A stretch of DNA of 64,000 bases. It comes from Balanoglossus misakiensis. Lineage: Eukaryota; Animalia; Hemichordata. Both the position numbers and the translations under genes were made by a program. The stretch covers positions 12,884,242-12,948,241 of the forward strand of contig CM082580.2 of the NCBI GenBank assembly GCA_040954595.2, in the 5' to 3' direction. Shown piece after piece: positions 1 to 14,300 of this stretch. How positions within the stretch are numbered: the first letter of the stretch is position 1; each line of letters opens with the position of its first letter. The notes under the pieces were generated by a model that saw nothing but the letters and a program-made list of their open reading frames with translations, made no database searches and was not told the origin of the DNA.

Positions 1-9
1 CGGGGGGGA

Positions 10-3000
10 CTCTTGCGGAAAATCAAAATTTGGCCGATTTTTGAAAAAAAACCATGGGTTATAGCTCAGGAAATCATCAAAAAATGACAATTTTTTCGAC
101 CTTTGCGGAAAATCAAAATTTGGGCCGATTTTTGAAAAAAACCATGGGTTATAGCTCAGGAAATCATCAAAAAATGACAATTTTTCGACTTTGCGGAAAA
201 TGAAAATTTCGCCGATTTTTGAAAAAAACATGGGTTATAGCTCAGGAAATCATCAAAAAATGACAATTTTTCGACTTTGCGGAAAATCAAAATTTGGCCG
301 ATTTTTGAAAAAAACCATGGGTTATAGCTCAGGAAATCATCAAAAAATGACAATTTTTCGACTTTGCGGAAAATCAAAATTTGGCCGATTTTTGAAAAAA
401 ACCATGGGTTATAGCTCAGGAAATCATCAAAAAATGACAATTTTCGACTTTGCGGAAAATCAAAATTTGGCCGATTTTTGAAAAAAACCATGGGTTATAG
501 CTCAGGAAATCATCAAAAAATGACAATTTTTCGACTTTGCGGAAAATCAAAATTTGGCCGATTTTTGAAAAAAAACCATGGGTTATAGCTCAGGAAATCA
601 TCAAAATATGACAATTTTTCGACTTTGCGGAAAATCAAAATTTGGCCGATTTTTGAAAAAAAACCATGGGTTATAGCTCAGGAAATCATCAAAAAATGAC
701 AATTTTTCGACTTTGCGGAAAATCAAAATTTGGCCGATTTTTGAAAAAAACCATGGGTTATAGCTCAGGAAATCATCAAAAAATGACAATTTTTCGACTT
801 TGCGGAAAATCAAAATTTGGCCGATTTTTGAAAAAAACCATGGGTTATAGCTCAGGAAATCATCAAAAAATGACAATTTTTCGACTTTGCGGAAAATCAA
901 AATTTGGCCGATTTTTGAAAAAAACCATGGGTTATAGCTCAGGAAATCATCAAAAAATGACAATTTTTCGACTTTGCGGAAAATCAAAATTTGGCCGATT
1001 TTTGAAAAAAACCATGGGTTATAGCTCAGGAAATCATCAAAAAATGACAATTTTTCGACTTTGCGGAAAATCAAAATTTGGCCGATTTTTGAAAAAAACC
1101 ATGGGTTATAGCTCAGGAAATCATCAAAAAATGACAATTTTTCGACTTTGCGGAAAATCAAAATTTGGCCGATTTTTGAAAAAAACCATGGGTTATAGCT
1201 CAGGAAATCATCAAAAAATGACAATTTTTCGACTTTGCGGAAAATCAAAATTTGGCCGATTTTTGAAAAAAACCATGGGTTATAGCTCAGGAAATCATCA
1301 AAAAATGACAATTTTTCGACTTTGCGGAAAATCAAAATTTGGCCGATTTTTGAAAAAAACCATGGGTTATAGCTCAGGAAATCATCAAAAAATGACAATT
1401 TTTCGACTTTGCGGAAAATCAAAATTTGGCCGATTTTTGAAAAAAACCATGGGTTATAGCTCAGGAAATCATCAAAAAATGACAATTTTTCGACTTTGCG
1501 GAAAATCAAAATTTGGCCGATTTTTGAAAAAAACCATGGGTTATAGCTCAGGAAATCATCAAAAAATGACAATTTTTCGACTTTGCGGAAAATCAAAATT
1601 TGGCCGATTTTTGAAAAAAACCATGGGTTATAGCTCAGGAAATCATCAAAAAATGACAATTTTTCGACTTTGCGGAAAATCAAAATTTGGCCGATTTTTG
1701 AAAAAAACCATGGGTTATAGCTCAGGAAATCATCAAAAAATGACAATTTTTCGACTTTGCGGAAAATCAAAATTTGGCCGATTTTTGAAAAAAACCATGG
1801 GTTATAGCTCAGGAAATCATCAAAAAATGACAATTTTTCGACTTTGCGGAAAATCAAAATTTGGCCGATTTTTGAAAAAAACCATGGGTTATAGCTCAGG
1901 AAATCATCAAAAAATGACAATTTTTCGACTTTGCGGAAAATCAAAATTTGGCCGATTTTTGAAAAAAACCATGGGTTATAGCTCAGGAAATCATCAAAAA
2001 ATGACAATTTTTCGACTTTGCGGAAAATCAAAATTTGGCCGATTTTTGAAAAAAACCATGGGTTATAGCTCAGGAAATCATCAAAAAATGACAATTTTTC
2101 GACTTTGCGGAAAATCAAAATTTGGCCGATTTTTGAAAAAAACCATGGGTTATAGCTCAGGAAATCATCAAAAAATGACAATTTTTCGACTTTGCGGAAA
2201 ATCAAAATTTGGCCGATTTTTGAAAAAAACCATGGGTTATAGCTCAGGAAATCATCAAAAAATGACAATTTTTCGACTTTGCGGAAAATCAAAATTTGGC
2301 CGATTTTTGAAAAAACCATGGGTTATAGCTCAGGAAATCATCAAAAAATGACAATTTTTCGACTTTGCGGAAAATCAAAATTTGGCCGATTTTTGAAAAA
2401 AACCATGGGTTATAGCTCAGGAAATCATCAAAAAATGACAATTTTTCGACTTTGCGGAAAATCAAAATTTGGCCGATTTTTGAAAAAAACCATGGGTTAT
2501 AGCTCAGGAAATCATCAAAAAATGACAATTTTTCGACTTTGCGGAAAATCAAAATTTGGCCGATTTTTGAAAAAAACCATGGGTTATAGCTCAGGAAATC
2601 ATCAAAAAATGACAATTTTTCGACTTTGCGGAAAATCAAAATTTGGCCGATTTTTGAAAAAAACCATGGGTTATAGCTCAGGAAATCATCAAAAAATGAC
2701 AATTTTTCGACTTTGCGGAAAATCAAAATTTGGCCGATTTTTGAAAAAACCATGGGTTATAGCTCAGGAAATCATCAAAAAATGACAATTTTTCGACTTT
2801 GCGGAAAATCAAAATTTGGCCGATTTTTGAAAAAAACCATGGGTTATAGCTCAGGAAATCATCAAAAAATGACAATTTTTCGACTTTGCGGAAAATCAAA
2901 ATTTCGTCGATTTTTGAAAAAAACCATGGAATGACAATTTTTCGACTTTGCGGAAAATCAAAATTTGGCCGATTTTTGAAAAAAACCATGGGTTATAGCT

Positions 3001-6000
3001 CAGGAAATCATCAAAAAATGACAATTTTTCGACTTTGCGGAAAATCAAAATTTGGCCGATTTTTGAAAAAAACCATGGGTTATAGCTCAGGAAATCATCA
3101 AAAAATGACAATTTTTCGACTTTGCGGAAAATCAAAATTTGGCCGATTTTTGAAAAAAACCATGGGTTATAGCTCAGGAAATCATCAAAAAATGACAATT
3201 TTTCGACTTTGCGGAAAATCAAAATTTGGCCGATTTTTGAAAAAAACCATGGGTTATAGCTCAGGAAATCATCAAAAAATGACAATTTTTCGACTTTGCG
3301 GAAAATCAAAATTTGGCCGATTTTTGAAAAAAACCATGGGTTATAGCTCAGGAAATCATCAAAAAATGACAATTTTTCGACTTTGCGGAAAATCAAAATT
3401 TGGCCGATTTTTGAAAAAAAACATGGGTTATAGCTCAGGAAATCATCAAAAAATGACAATTTTTCGACTTTGCGGAAAAGCAAAATTTGGCCGATTTTTG
3501 AAAAAAAACATGGGTTATAGCTCAGGAAATCATCAAAAAATGACAATTTTTCGACTTTGCGGAAAAGCAAAATTTCGCCGATTTTTGAAAAAAACCATGG
3601 GTTATAGCTCAGGAAATCATCAAAAAATGACAATTTTTCGACTTTGCGGAAAATCAAAATTTCGTCGATTTTTGAAAAAAACCATGGGTTATAGCTCAGG
3701 AAATCATCAAAAAATGACAATTTTTCGACTTTGCGGAAAATCAAAATTTGGCCGATTTTTGAAAAAAACCATGGGTTATAGCTCAGGAAATCATCAAAAA
3801 ATGACAATTTTTCGACTTTGCGGAAAATCAAAATTTGGCCGATTTTTGAAAAAAACCATGGGTTATAGCTCAGGAAATCATCAAAAAATGACAATTTTTC
3901 GACTTTGCGGAAAATCAAAATTTGGCCGATTTTTGAAAAAAACCATGGGTTATAGCTCAGGAAATCATCAAAAAATGACAATTTTTCGACTTTGCGGAAA
4001 ATCAAAATTTCGTCGATTTTTGAAAAAAACCATGGGTTATAGCTCAGGTAATCATCAAAAAATGACAATTTTTCGACTTTGCGGAAAATCAAAATTTGGC
4101 CGATTTTTGAAAAAAACCATGGGTTATAGCTCAGGAAATCATCAAAAAATGACAATTTTTCGACTTTGCGGAAAATCAAAATTTGGCCGATTTTTGAAAA
4201 AAACCATGGGTTATAGCTCAGGAAATCATCAAAAAATGACAATTTTTCGACTTTGCGGAAAATCAAAATTTGGCCGATTTTTGAAAAAAACCATGGGTTA
4301 TAGCTCAGGAAATCATCAAAAAATGACAATTTTTCGACTTTGCGGAAAATCAAAATTTGGCCGATTTTTGAAAAAAACCATGGGTTATAGCTCAGGAAAT
4401 CATCAAAAAATGACAATTTTTCGACTTTGCGGAAAATCAAAATTTGGCCGATTTTTGAAAAAAACCATGGGTTATAGCTCAGGAAATCATCAAAAAATGA
4501 CAATTTTTCGACTTTGCGGAAAATCAAAATTTGGCCGATTTTTGAAAAAAACCATGGGTTATAGCTCAGGAAATCATCAAAAAATGACAATTTTTCGACT
4601 TTGCGGAAAATCAAAATTTGGCCGATTTTTGAAAAAAACCATGGGTTATAGCTCAGGAAATCATCAAAAAATGACAATTTTTCGACTTTGCGGAAAATCA
4701 AAATTTGGCCGATTTTTGAAAAAAACCATGGGTTATAGCTCAGGAAATCATCAAAAAATGACAATTTTTCGACTTTGCGGAAAATCAAAATTTGGCCGAT
4801 TTTTGAAAAAAACCATGGGTTATAGCTCAGGAAATCATCAAAAAATGACAATTTTTCGACTTTGCGGAAAATCAAAATTTGGCCGATTTTTGAAAAAAAC
4901 CATGGGTTATAGCTCAGGAAATCATCAAAAAATGACAATTTTTCGACTTTGCGGAAAATCAAAATTTGGCCGATTTTTGAAAAAAACCATGGGTTATAGC
5001 TCAGGAAATCATCAAAAAATGACAATTTTTCGACTTTGCGGAAAATCAAAATTTGGCCGATTTTTGAAAAAAACCATGGGTTATAGCTCAGGAAATCATC
5101 AAAAAATGACAATTTTTCGACTTTGCGGAAAATCAAAATTTGGCCGATTTTTGAAAAAAACCATGGGTTATAGCTCAGGAAATCATCAAAAAATGACAAT
5201 TTTTCGACTTTGCGGAAAATCAAAATTTGGCCGATTTTTGAAAAAAACCATGGGTTATAGCTCAGGAAATCATCAAAAAATGACAATTTTTCGACTTTGC
5301 GGAAAATCAAAATTTGGCCGATTTTTGAAAAAAACCATGGGTTATAGCTCAGGAAATCATCAAAAAATGACAATTTTTCGACTTTGCGGAAAATCAAAAT
5401 TTCGTCGATTTTTGAAAAAAACCATGGGTTATAGCTCAGGAAATCATCAAAAAATGACAATTTTTCGACTTTGCGGAAAATCAAAATTTGGCCGATTTTT
5501 GAAAAAAACCATGGGTTATAGCTCAGGAAATCATCAAAAAATGACAATTTTTCGACTTTGCGGAAAATCAAAATTTGGCCGATTTTTGAAAAAAACCATG
5601 GGTTATAGCTCAGGAAATCATCAAAAAATGACAATTTTTCGACTTTGCGGAAAATCAAAATTTGGCCGATTTTTGAAAAAAACCATGGGTTATAGCTCAG
5701 GAAATCATCAAAAAATGACAATTTTTCGACTTTGCGGAAAATCAAAATTTGGCCGATTTTTGAAAAAAACCATGGGTTATAGCTCAGGAAATCATCAAAA
5801 AATGACAATTTTTCGACTTTGCGGAAAATCAAAATTTGGCCGATTTTTGAAAAAAACCATGGGTTATAGCTCAGGAAATCATCAAAAAATGACAATTTTT
5901 CGACTTTGCGGAAAAGCAAAATTTGGCCGATTTTTGAAAAAAACCATGGGTTATAGCTCAGGAAATCATCAAAAAATGACAATTTTTCGACTTTGCGGAA

Positions 6001-7310
6001 AAGCAAAATTTCGCCGATTTTTGAAAAAAACCATGGGTTATAGCTCAGGAAATCATCAAAAAATGACAATTTTTCGACTTTGCGGAAAATCAAAATTTCG
6101 TCGATTTTTGAAAAAAACCATGGGTTATAGCTCAGGAAATCATCAAAAAATGACAATTTTTCGACTTTGCGGAAAATCAAAATTTGGCCGATTTTTGAAA
6201 AAAACCATGGGTTATAGCTCAGGAAATCATCAAAAAATGACAATTTTTCGACTTTGCGGAAAATCAAAATTTGGCCGATTTTTGAAAAAAACCATGGGTT
6301 ATAGCTCAGGAAATCATCAAAAAATGACAATTTTTCGACTTTGCGGAAAATCAAAATTTCGCCGATTTTTGAAAAAAACCATGGGTTATAGCTCAGGAAA
6401 TCATCAAAAAATGACAATTTTTCGACTTTGCGGAAAATCAAAATTTCGTCGATTTTTGAAAAAAACCATGGGTTATAGCTCAGGTAATCATCAAAAAATG
6501 ACAATTTTTCGACTTTGCGGAAAATCAAAATTTGGCCGATTTTTGAAAAAAACCATGGGTTATAGCTCAGGAAATCATCAAAAAATGACAATTTTTCGAC
6601 TTTGCGGAAAATCAAAATTTGGCCGATTTTTGAAAAAAACCATGGGTTATAGCTCAGGAAATCATCAAAAAATGACAATTTTTCGACTTTGCGGAAAATC
6701 AAAATTTGGCCGATTTTTGAAAAAAACCATGGGTTATAGCTCAGGAAATCATCAAAAAATGACAATTTTTCGACTTTGCGGAAAATCAAAATTTGGCCGA
6801 TTTTTGAAAAAAAACCATGGGTTATAGCTCAGGAAATCATCAAAAAATGACAATTTTTCGACTTTGCGGAAAATCAAAATTTGGCCGATTTTTGAAAAAA
6901 ACCATGGGTTATAGCTCAGGAAATCATCAAAAAATGACAATTTTTCGACTTTGCGGAAAATCAAAATTTGGCCGATTTTTGAAAAAAACCATGGGTTATA
7001 GCTCAGGAAATCATCAAAAAATGAAAAAATTTCGACTTTGCGAAATCTAAAAATTTCGTCGATTTTTGAAAGAAAACATGGGTTATAGGTCATGAAATCA
7101 TCCAGAAATGAAAATTTTTCGACTTTGGGAAATCTCAAAATTTCGTCGATTTTTGAAAAAAATCATGGGTTATAGGTCATGAAAATCATCCAGAAATGAC
7201 AATTTTTCGACTTTGCGAAATCTCAAAATTTCGTCGATTTTTGAAAAAAATCATGGGTTATAGCTCATGAATTCTATGAAAAATGACTAATTCTCGACTT
7301 CGAAAAATTT
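10..7310. repeat. Tandem satellite array, 87-bp monomer (CCATGGGTTATAGCTCAGGAAATCATCAAAAAATGACAATTTTTCGACTTTGCGGAAAATCAAAATTTGGCCGATTTTTGAAAAAAA), about 84 copies
   Basis: Monomer read directly. Copies are near-identical to ~7020, followed by 3-4 progressively diverged monomers to ~7310. One monomer near 2930 has a 25-bp deletion. Confidence 0.98.
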
Positions 7311-7751
7311 GGTGATTTTCACCATTTTTTGTTTAAACTCTAGTGGAACTACGACATTCTCCCCAAGAATGCAATAATCCTAAATTAGTTCCAATCGTGT
7401 TGTGATTTTTCACCTTATCAGGTATGGCGCTTGCAGCACCGCCCTCGGATTTATACGCCGGTGCTTGGGGTCCTAATTCACTACTGCCATGTGCGTCTGT
7501 GGGCGGGTTCTTCTACGTGCTAACGTTAGAATCTCACCTCCTGGCATGGTTTGCAGGTAGGTCATTTTTAGTTACAACTATAGTTGAAATGACAGTGTGC
7601 CATTTGTGTTCAAAGCAGTAACGACTGACCGCTGAATTTAGAAGCTAAAAATGTTGGTAAATGTTATGAAGAACCGCAAACACCAACGCACACGTACTTA
7701 AGTACACATTTCAGCGCAGGTTATAACATAAGTAGCTTGAGTTAGGCTTAC

Positions 7752-8000
7752 CTGTTTTAAAACTCCATTGCGTTTCCTTCCAGCACTTTGCGGAGCGGTA
7801 GTTGCCGCTGGTATGGGAGGAGCACTAGCGTTTATTGGATTGCCGGCCGCCGCTCTTCCCTTCTGTTTCGTGGCAGCCATGTGCCTACTCGTCACCAGCA
7901 CCAGCAAGTCGCTGATTCGAGTCCCGTTGGCCTCAATCACATATCCAGAAGACCACAGAAGAAAACTAAAACCGAGCGTTGTCGCTAGCCATGACGTCAT
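7752..8000 (-). CDS. Possible isolated first coding exon (hydrophobic N-terminus MTSWLATTLGFSFLLWSSGYVIEA, ending at a CAG|gtaagc donor)
   Basis: ATG-initiated 83-codon frame that ends exactly at a strong phase-0 donor. I found no convincing in-frame downstream exon before the satellite and recognise no homology. Confidence 0.2.
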
Positions 8001-9110
8001 CGCATAGGATTTTATATATTACCACTGAGTGGTATTATTCAACACCATTGTCTAGCTATAAGTCATTACGGGGCATATGGCACTGTAAACTCTATGGAGT
8101 ATGCCAGCACTAATTAGTGTGAGACGCATGAAATGGACCCTCCCAAAGACAAAGAAACTTTCAATTTACAACTGTTGGACCACACGAAGATTAATGTTCA
8201 AATAAAAGCAGATTTTACTTATATAGCAATTGATTGGTATGATTTCTGTATATAACAAGAAACATAAACAAACATGAGTTGTTAACTTTCTTGTTCAAAT
8301 AGAAATACGTTCAACGTTTTTGTATACATTTGAATATTCTACCGTATATGTATTGGTGACTTGCAATTAACGTAATAAAAACACTCGGAGATCCAAATTT
8401 CGCTTAGTATGTATCCATTAAATAACCAAAATTTACAAAATCAAGAATTTGTTATTTATTGAGAGTTAGAATCTATACACCACAGACAGATAAAAATTCT
8501 AGTACTTCCTGGAATACAATTGATACCACGTGATAAAGGTATACAGAAAATCAGTCTAGTTGCCAAGAGGCCAAAGTAAGTAAATTCAATTCTTTGTTTT
8601 GTGTCCAACATTCATTCTTATCGAAGTTGATAAAAAACATGCTCATGCCATCAAAATATGTTTCATAATATGGGGATAAAATTGCTATAACAATAACACA
8701 TTCATTATTAATATGTATTAAATTTACTATTGAATAATGCTTTTTAAAGAAATAAATATTCTTCAAATAAACCAGATACTCTGAACGACAGCCCAAAGGG
8801 TACCTAACTGCAATCATTACAATACGTTTATGTACAATGGACATATATTGATATTATTAAAATTGGTTTGATGATCAAAACAATCACGATTAATGCCATT
8901 TTAACATACGTTGAATGTAATAAATAAATAAATAAATTGATTGGTCGATCGATCGATCGCTTGATTAATTGATTCAGTGATTCAGTATTCTAATTCATAA
9001 GTGTTGATATGTTTTTTAATTGTCTTTTCAGCGTATCCCTCCCTCCTCCGGGGGGGGGGGGGGTAACCACAAATTTCCGGCATGACCAAATGATGGCGTT
9101 TATTTTTATC

Positions 9111-11350
9111 TCAGAGATCCGTTCCTACGTCCAGGTCTTGTGCTGACAACTGCACTCGGTAAAATTGGTTGTATTCTCTCGTCACAGATTCCAGTTCGTT
9201 TCTTTTCTATAGTTTAGAAAACAGAAAGCAAATTGAACAACCATTGGCATATAGATGCCCCTTTGTTTCGTTTAATTCTTCTAAGAAATACTGGTGGGTT
9301 TTCTATCTCACAGCAGAATGAACTACTTTGTCGTGTGAATTTACTGTCCTACAATTAGAAAGGTACTCGTTTCTTACCTGATTAAGTCTGTCCTGCAAGT
9401 TTCTCAGAATGTTCTTATCATGTTTATCGCCATCTCTGCCAAAGTTGCTTCCATGATGGCGTCTGCTGTGTTCTTTTGAAACAGTTGATGGTTGACTTAG
9501 AGTACTTGTAACGATGGCGTTTGGGCTTCTCTGTAGTAACAACACCTAGAGAGGGATAAAGGGGATGTGTTAAAAACCTGCAGACACTAAATTCTGCCAC
9601 CGTGACACTCATCGGGGAAAAACAAATAAGAGCATACCTTTGGCAAAAACGCTAGCCCCAGCACGATTGAGTTTGAGCACAGCACTGTCAGCCACACCAA
9701 GGCGTACATGAGTGTAACATCAGCGTCCATCAAATACTCAACGGCCATGGTAAACACGCTGGCCACAGCTACCGTGTACACCGAAAGGACAATTTGGCGA
9801 CCTACGTGAAAAAAGAAACACGGTTTATATATTAATCTCTGCATTGTACCTCAGCGACTAAACAATCACAAGAAACAAAATTGACGAAAAATTAACAATG
9901 TATTAAGGTAAGGGACTACTCTTAATTTAAAAAATAATTGTCATTTAACTTACTTTCATTAAGCGCTTTAATCTCGACGGAGCGGATTTCCCACGCCAAG
10001 AAAACTCCAAGGAGCATAACGATGGCCTTGTATACACAGAGTGCAACAGTCCAGTACATGGAATATGTAGAGTGACAGTCTTTAGTTTCGTAAATATACC
10101 GATAGTCGTGACCGCCGTCGTCGGTGACATCCTGAAAAGAAAGACAAAATCAAAGACAAAGTTCACCGTAGATAGCGCTGTTCGAGCACTGTGTCTTTGT
10201 TGCCGTTGGGAAATCATTTGCAAAAACAATCACGACTCTCACATCTCCATGTTCTGTCGGTTCAACATACCTCTGTGTGCAGAGTTCGGGTGACGCTGTA
10301 CATGGAATCCACGGATATCCAAAAAGCGCAGATCACAACATCCAAAATTACCATGACAACCACAGCTATGATGAGCCTTGAGTCTCCCGCGTGCTATATG
10401 AGAAAAGTAAAGTACTGTGCAGTTTGTGCGTATTTGATAGAACTCTTTCTAAAAACCACACCGCCTCATTGCAACACTGACGGCATGGCAACCAAAACAA
10501 TGCAACAATTTAGGAGTGCTCAAATATTTTGAGATAAGAAATTATAGATATGGTCGAGGATACCAAAAGTACTTACAATTTTCTTGAATTTTTTCATCGC
10601 TATCTTGAATATGGCGTAAATTCTGTACGTCTTCACTGCAAGACCACCAAAGGCCAATGACAATCCGATCGATAAAAGTAACGGTCGACTCTGAGAAATA
10701 TATCGTCAAATCAAGTGAGCTGAGTGGTTGCAAGAGTTACCTTGGAAATTGGAAATGATTGGATGTTCAAATTCGGTCTCTTTTGACCATTCTTTGTCAA
10801 AGCAATAATATGTGGAACAACATTCACGTACATGACAGTACACGGTAAACTGTAACACTGACATGCGCGATGAGTCCAGTCCAGTTAGTAGAGTCACTAT
10901 GTAGAGTAGCAGACATCCCGTTATGATGAAGGTGTTCAGCAACGGACTTGAAATCTTGATTGCTCTGTAAAATGACAAAACAAAAACACCAAAAAAGTTG
11001 GCAGTGGAATAGTGCTTTCATTCAAGCGCAATGAGCGTTCAAAATCCAGTAGCTAGGCAACATAAGAAGCTTGATAAAGACTCCCCTCAAACTTACTTTC
11101 TCTTTCTGTATCCAATATTGATGACTAAACAAACCAGACTTAAGCAGATGCCAATCCCAGAGAAGGCATATATTACATATAGAATGGTTTCAGAAGGTCT
11201 TGCCGACAGATAAATCTCTTCCACTCCATCAGTTGGCGGCAGATTGCCTGTTGTAAAAACGACAGTTTCAATTTATAGACGGCAATCGATGAGAGATCAG
11301 ACAGAGATGGGGAGAGAGGGGAGAGAGAGGGGGGGAGACAGAGAGAGAGT

Positions 11351-11384
<34 letters not shown>

Positions 11385-14300
11385 GAGAGAGAGACAGAGG
11401 AGGAGAGACAGAGAGAGGGGGAATGCGGTTTAGCTCGCGGTTGCTTGTTTGAACTTCTAACGGGTATCAAACGCAACAACATCAAGACGTTGTTGTGAAA
11501 CCAGACAAAGTTAAGAAGAATTGAATAAATCCACACCTTGCCACTTTAGCGGACTATCATCGGCCCAGATGAACACGTCATTGATCATGTCGTACCTTCC
11601 AGTTTTCACCAATTGGTCACCTTTGGAAAAATAAGGAAAAGTAAACGTGGATCAGGTCTGGTAATATCACTTGAAGCTTTTAAGTAGGCGTTAAGCTCGC
11701 AACTGTATGTGACAAGTGCAATGCACGATACATACCTTGCATCTGCTCGACTACAACTGCAGATAGTCGATCGCCTTTCTCCGTAAATCGAATGTTTCCC
11801 TGGCAAGAAAGTCAAAACAAAATCATTGTTAGGTATATACGTCGAAGAACCGGCAATTTGTGGCTTAGGAATAACTTGAAGAAAATCATGTCTTAGAGGA
11901 ATAATATCAATACAAAACCAAAACACTTACAGTTATCCCGAACACTTGTAAAGTCTGCACCGACCTCTTTATCACGGTTGCCATGGATATGTCGTCATAA
12001 GTGAAATCGCCCACGCGTCGTGGCGGGTTCTGCTGCGAAAAAATCTCGTCGGATCGGTTCAGGGCGATCGCCATTGCAACGATGGAATCGTAAGAAAATC
12101 CGGCATAGTCCCCGTATGTCGCTTTCATGTAGTTGTAGATGTCGAGATCACGTGCCTCGGGTTTCTGAACGTGAACAAAAGACATGGATAAACGAAATGA
12201 GTTTCGATAAAAACTGATGCAACCCTTTCTTCCTCCGCCGTCTGTCCGTCCCTTTCTTTCTTTCCTCCCTTCCTTCTTTCTTTCTCTCTCTCTCTTTCCA
12301 TACATCTATCGCTATGTATATCTCACTCTCCCCCTATTGTACTGTCGTATTACTTCTAGTGTTGAACAAACAACGAGTATGGGCATACGTACGACCCCAG
12401 CAAAGTCGACGTCTTGAAAGTCCTCGGCGTAAGCGGAGCCCTTGATAGCAATATAGCCGTTTAATGCGGCGATCATTTCTTGGTCGGAACAGGTGATGTC
12501 GTCATCCAGATTGCGCTGAAGATGCCAGTCTTTGTTCAACCAACCCAACAACAACCACACATACTTCTGGCCGTAGAGGTCTCTCCGATACGCCTGTGAA
12601 CGAAATTAACCAGGACAGGATGACATTCAGGGCATCAAATCTGGTATTTTACACCGAACAAGCAGAAATAGTTCAAATGCGTCATTCTGTACCTGCTGTT
12701 AAGTACACTTGTTTAAATCAATTGTTGTCAATATCTTTGACGCACTGTTTTCTTTTCGACGATAACTTTCAATTGACGCTCGTTCTGTGGCACATACGCA
12801 AAATACTATGATGGTATATGTGTAAATTATTTGACCGCCCTACAGGCATAATTTCACAATACACCAAGGTATACAGGTGTCAATCCAAATAGCGGTGACC
12901 GAAATAAAAATGGGGTGAAACTAGTTAGCTTTCTAATGCGCCATGTCTATCTAAATGTAACTTACACATATATCATTTTGGTACTTTTCATTTACCCAAT
13001 CGTACGTAGGTTATGTTCTAACTCGTTATCGTTCATTTTTGATCAAGCTTTACAGAAACATGCCCTTGGGAAATGCTATATGCGTCCCCGTAGCATAAAT
13101 CTTTGATTTGTATGAAACATTCTTCGCACATTTTAGATTATCGGTTAACATGACCCCAGGCTGTTCAGCAGAGACTCGACAGTGCCGTTTCTGCGATTTC
13201 GTCAAAGAAATCCCATTACACGAAACAAGATCACGGATCAGCTGTGCCTTTTCCCCGCCAAACCATGATCAATGTTCAGCTATTCTTTTTTCCCGCCAAA
13301 CCTTCCTGTTCTTACAGTTCTTCACGTAGATTGATTACTTCTGTCATAATTGTCAAGGGCCTTCAAGTTGACTAAGAGCCATCAGTTTTATCATTGTTGC
13401 TGGCGCCACAACCAGATTATTTTCGAGGCTTAATCACTGCATGCAATCGCGGCAAGGTAAATTTTATATCCCAAATCGGAAATGTCTTTTATTTATCGAC
13501 TGCAAACGATGTGAACGAAATGCTGGAAGGTTACCCATGCCATACACGGACAGGAAGGAATATGGGTTCCAACACATTGATACAAGATGGCGACTGTTCG
13601 CGACGTGGCATTATATCTTAATTTCCTCAATACTGATTTCCACGTAATTCGGGGGATCATCTGGCAGACTTGTGTTAAATATCCCAAATCCCGGCCTTTC
13701 CTCTTTGCATCGGGTGATATTAAATGTTAATGGCGCTGCGCTATGATCTGGTTTATATTTTCTACGATCCTGGCTTTCTTTTCTTCCCTTTCTGTGCTAT
13801 GGTAATCTGCTGGCAGCCTTGAATAGGCTTCTTGTCTTCGCCAGGTGTGTAATGTGAAAGATCTTGGATTCCGCCACCTAAGTACAGGACTTAGGGAGTC
13901 CATTAAGTGGTGTATATGTTACACTTACTTTGTTTACGACCCTAATATATTCATAAATTGGTCAAAAACCACGTTTAATTCACCCCACGTACATTTTTTG
14001 ATAAGGGATTGTGAATTTAGTAAGCCATTTCAAGAACAAGACGAATGGAACATGAATTTTCATCGTCGTTTGGGGCATAAATATTAACCACTAAAAATAA
14101 AACCCTCAATCGTTAACTCCCAATCTATAGTGTATCTTTCTTCATCACGTTTTGTGAGTAACGTGTATATTGTCCTGTTCGAGTCGCGAGTAATCAAGAA
14201 AAGTTGTACCAGGACGATTTATATATAGACTTTGCTTTACGAAAAGTTTTAGGGATAGGGAAATTTATATTGATGAAAAACACGGCTTTAAAACGAAACG

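Noticed and set aside
1-660. Excess single-base indels in the first monomers
   Set aside because: Mostly homopolymer length changes at the window start; more likely low-coverage consensus error than biology.
705-720. CENP-B-box-like TTCG...CGG motif in the satellite monomer
   Set aside because: The spacer is one base short and the required A and final G are missing; too weak to call.
156-7138. Very long repetitive ORFs on both strands (up to 1313 aa of a 29-aa repeat)
   Set aside because: The 87-bp monomer is a multiple of 3 with one stop-free frame per strand. Frames break at homopolymer indels, and there is no synonymous-variation pattern.
10-7310. CRISPR array
   Set aside because: Head-to-tail repeats with no unique spacers, no cas genes, and a eukaryotic context.
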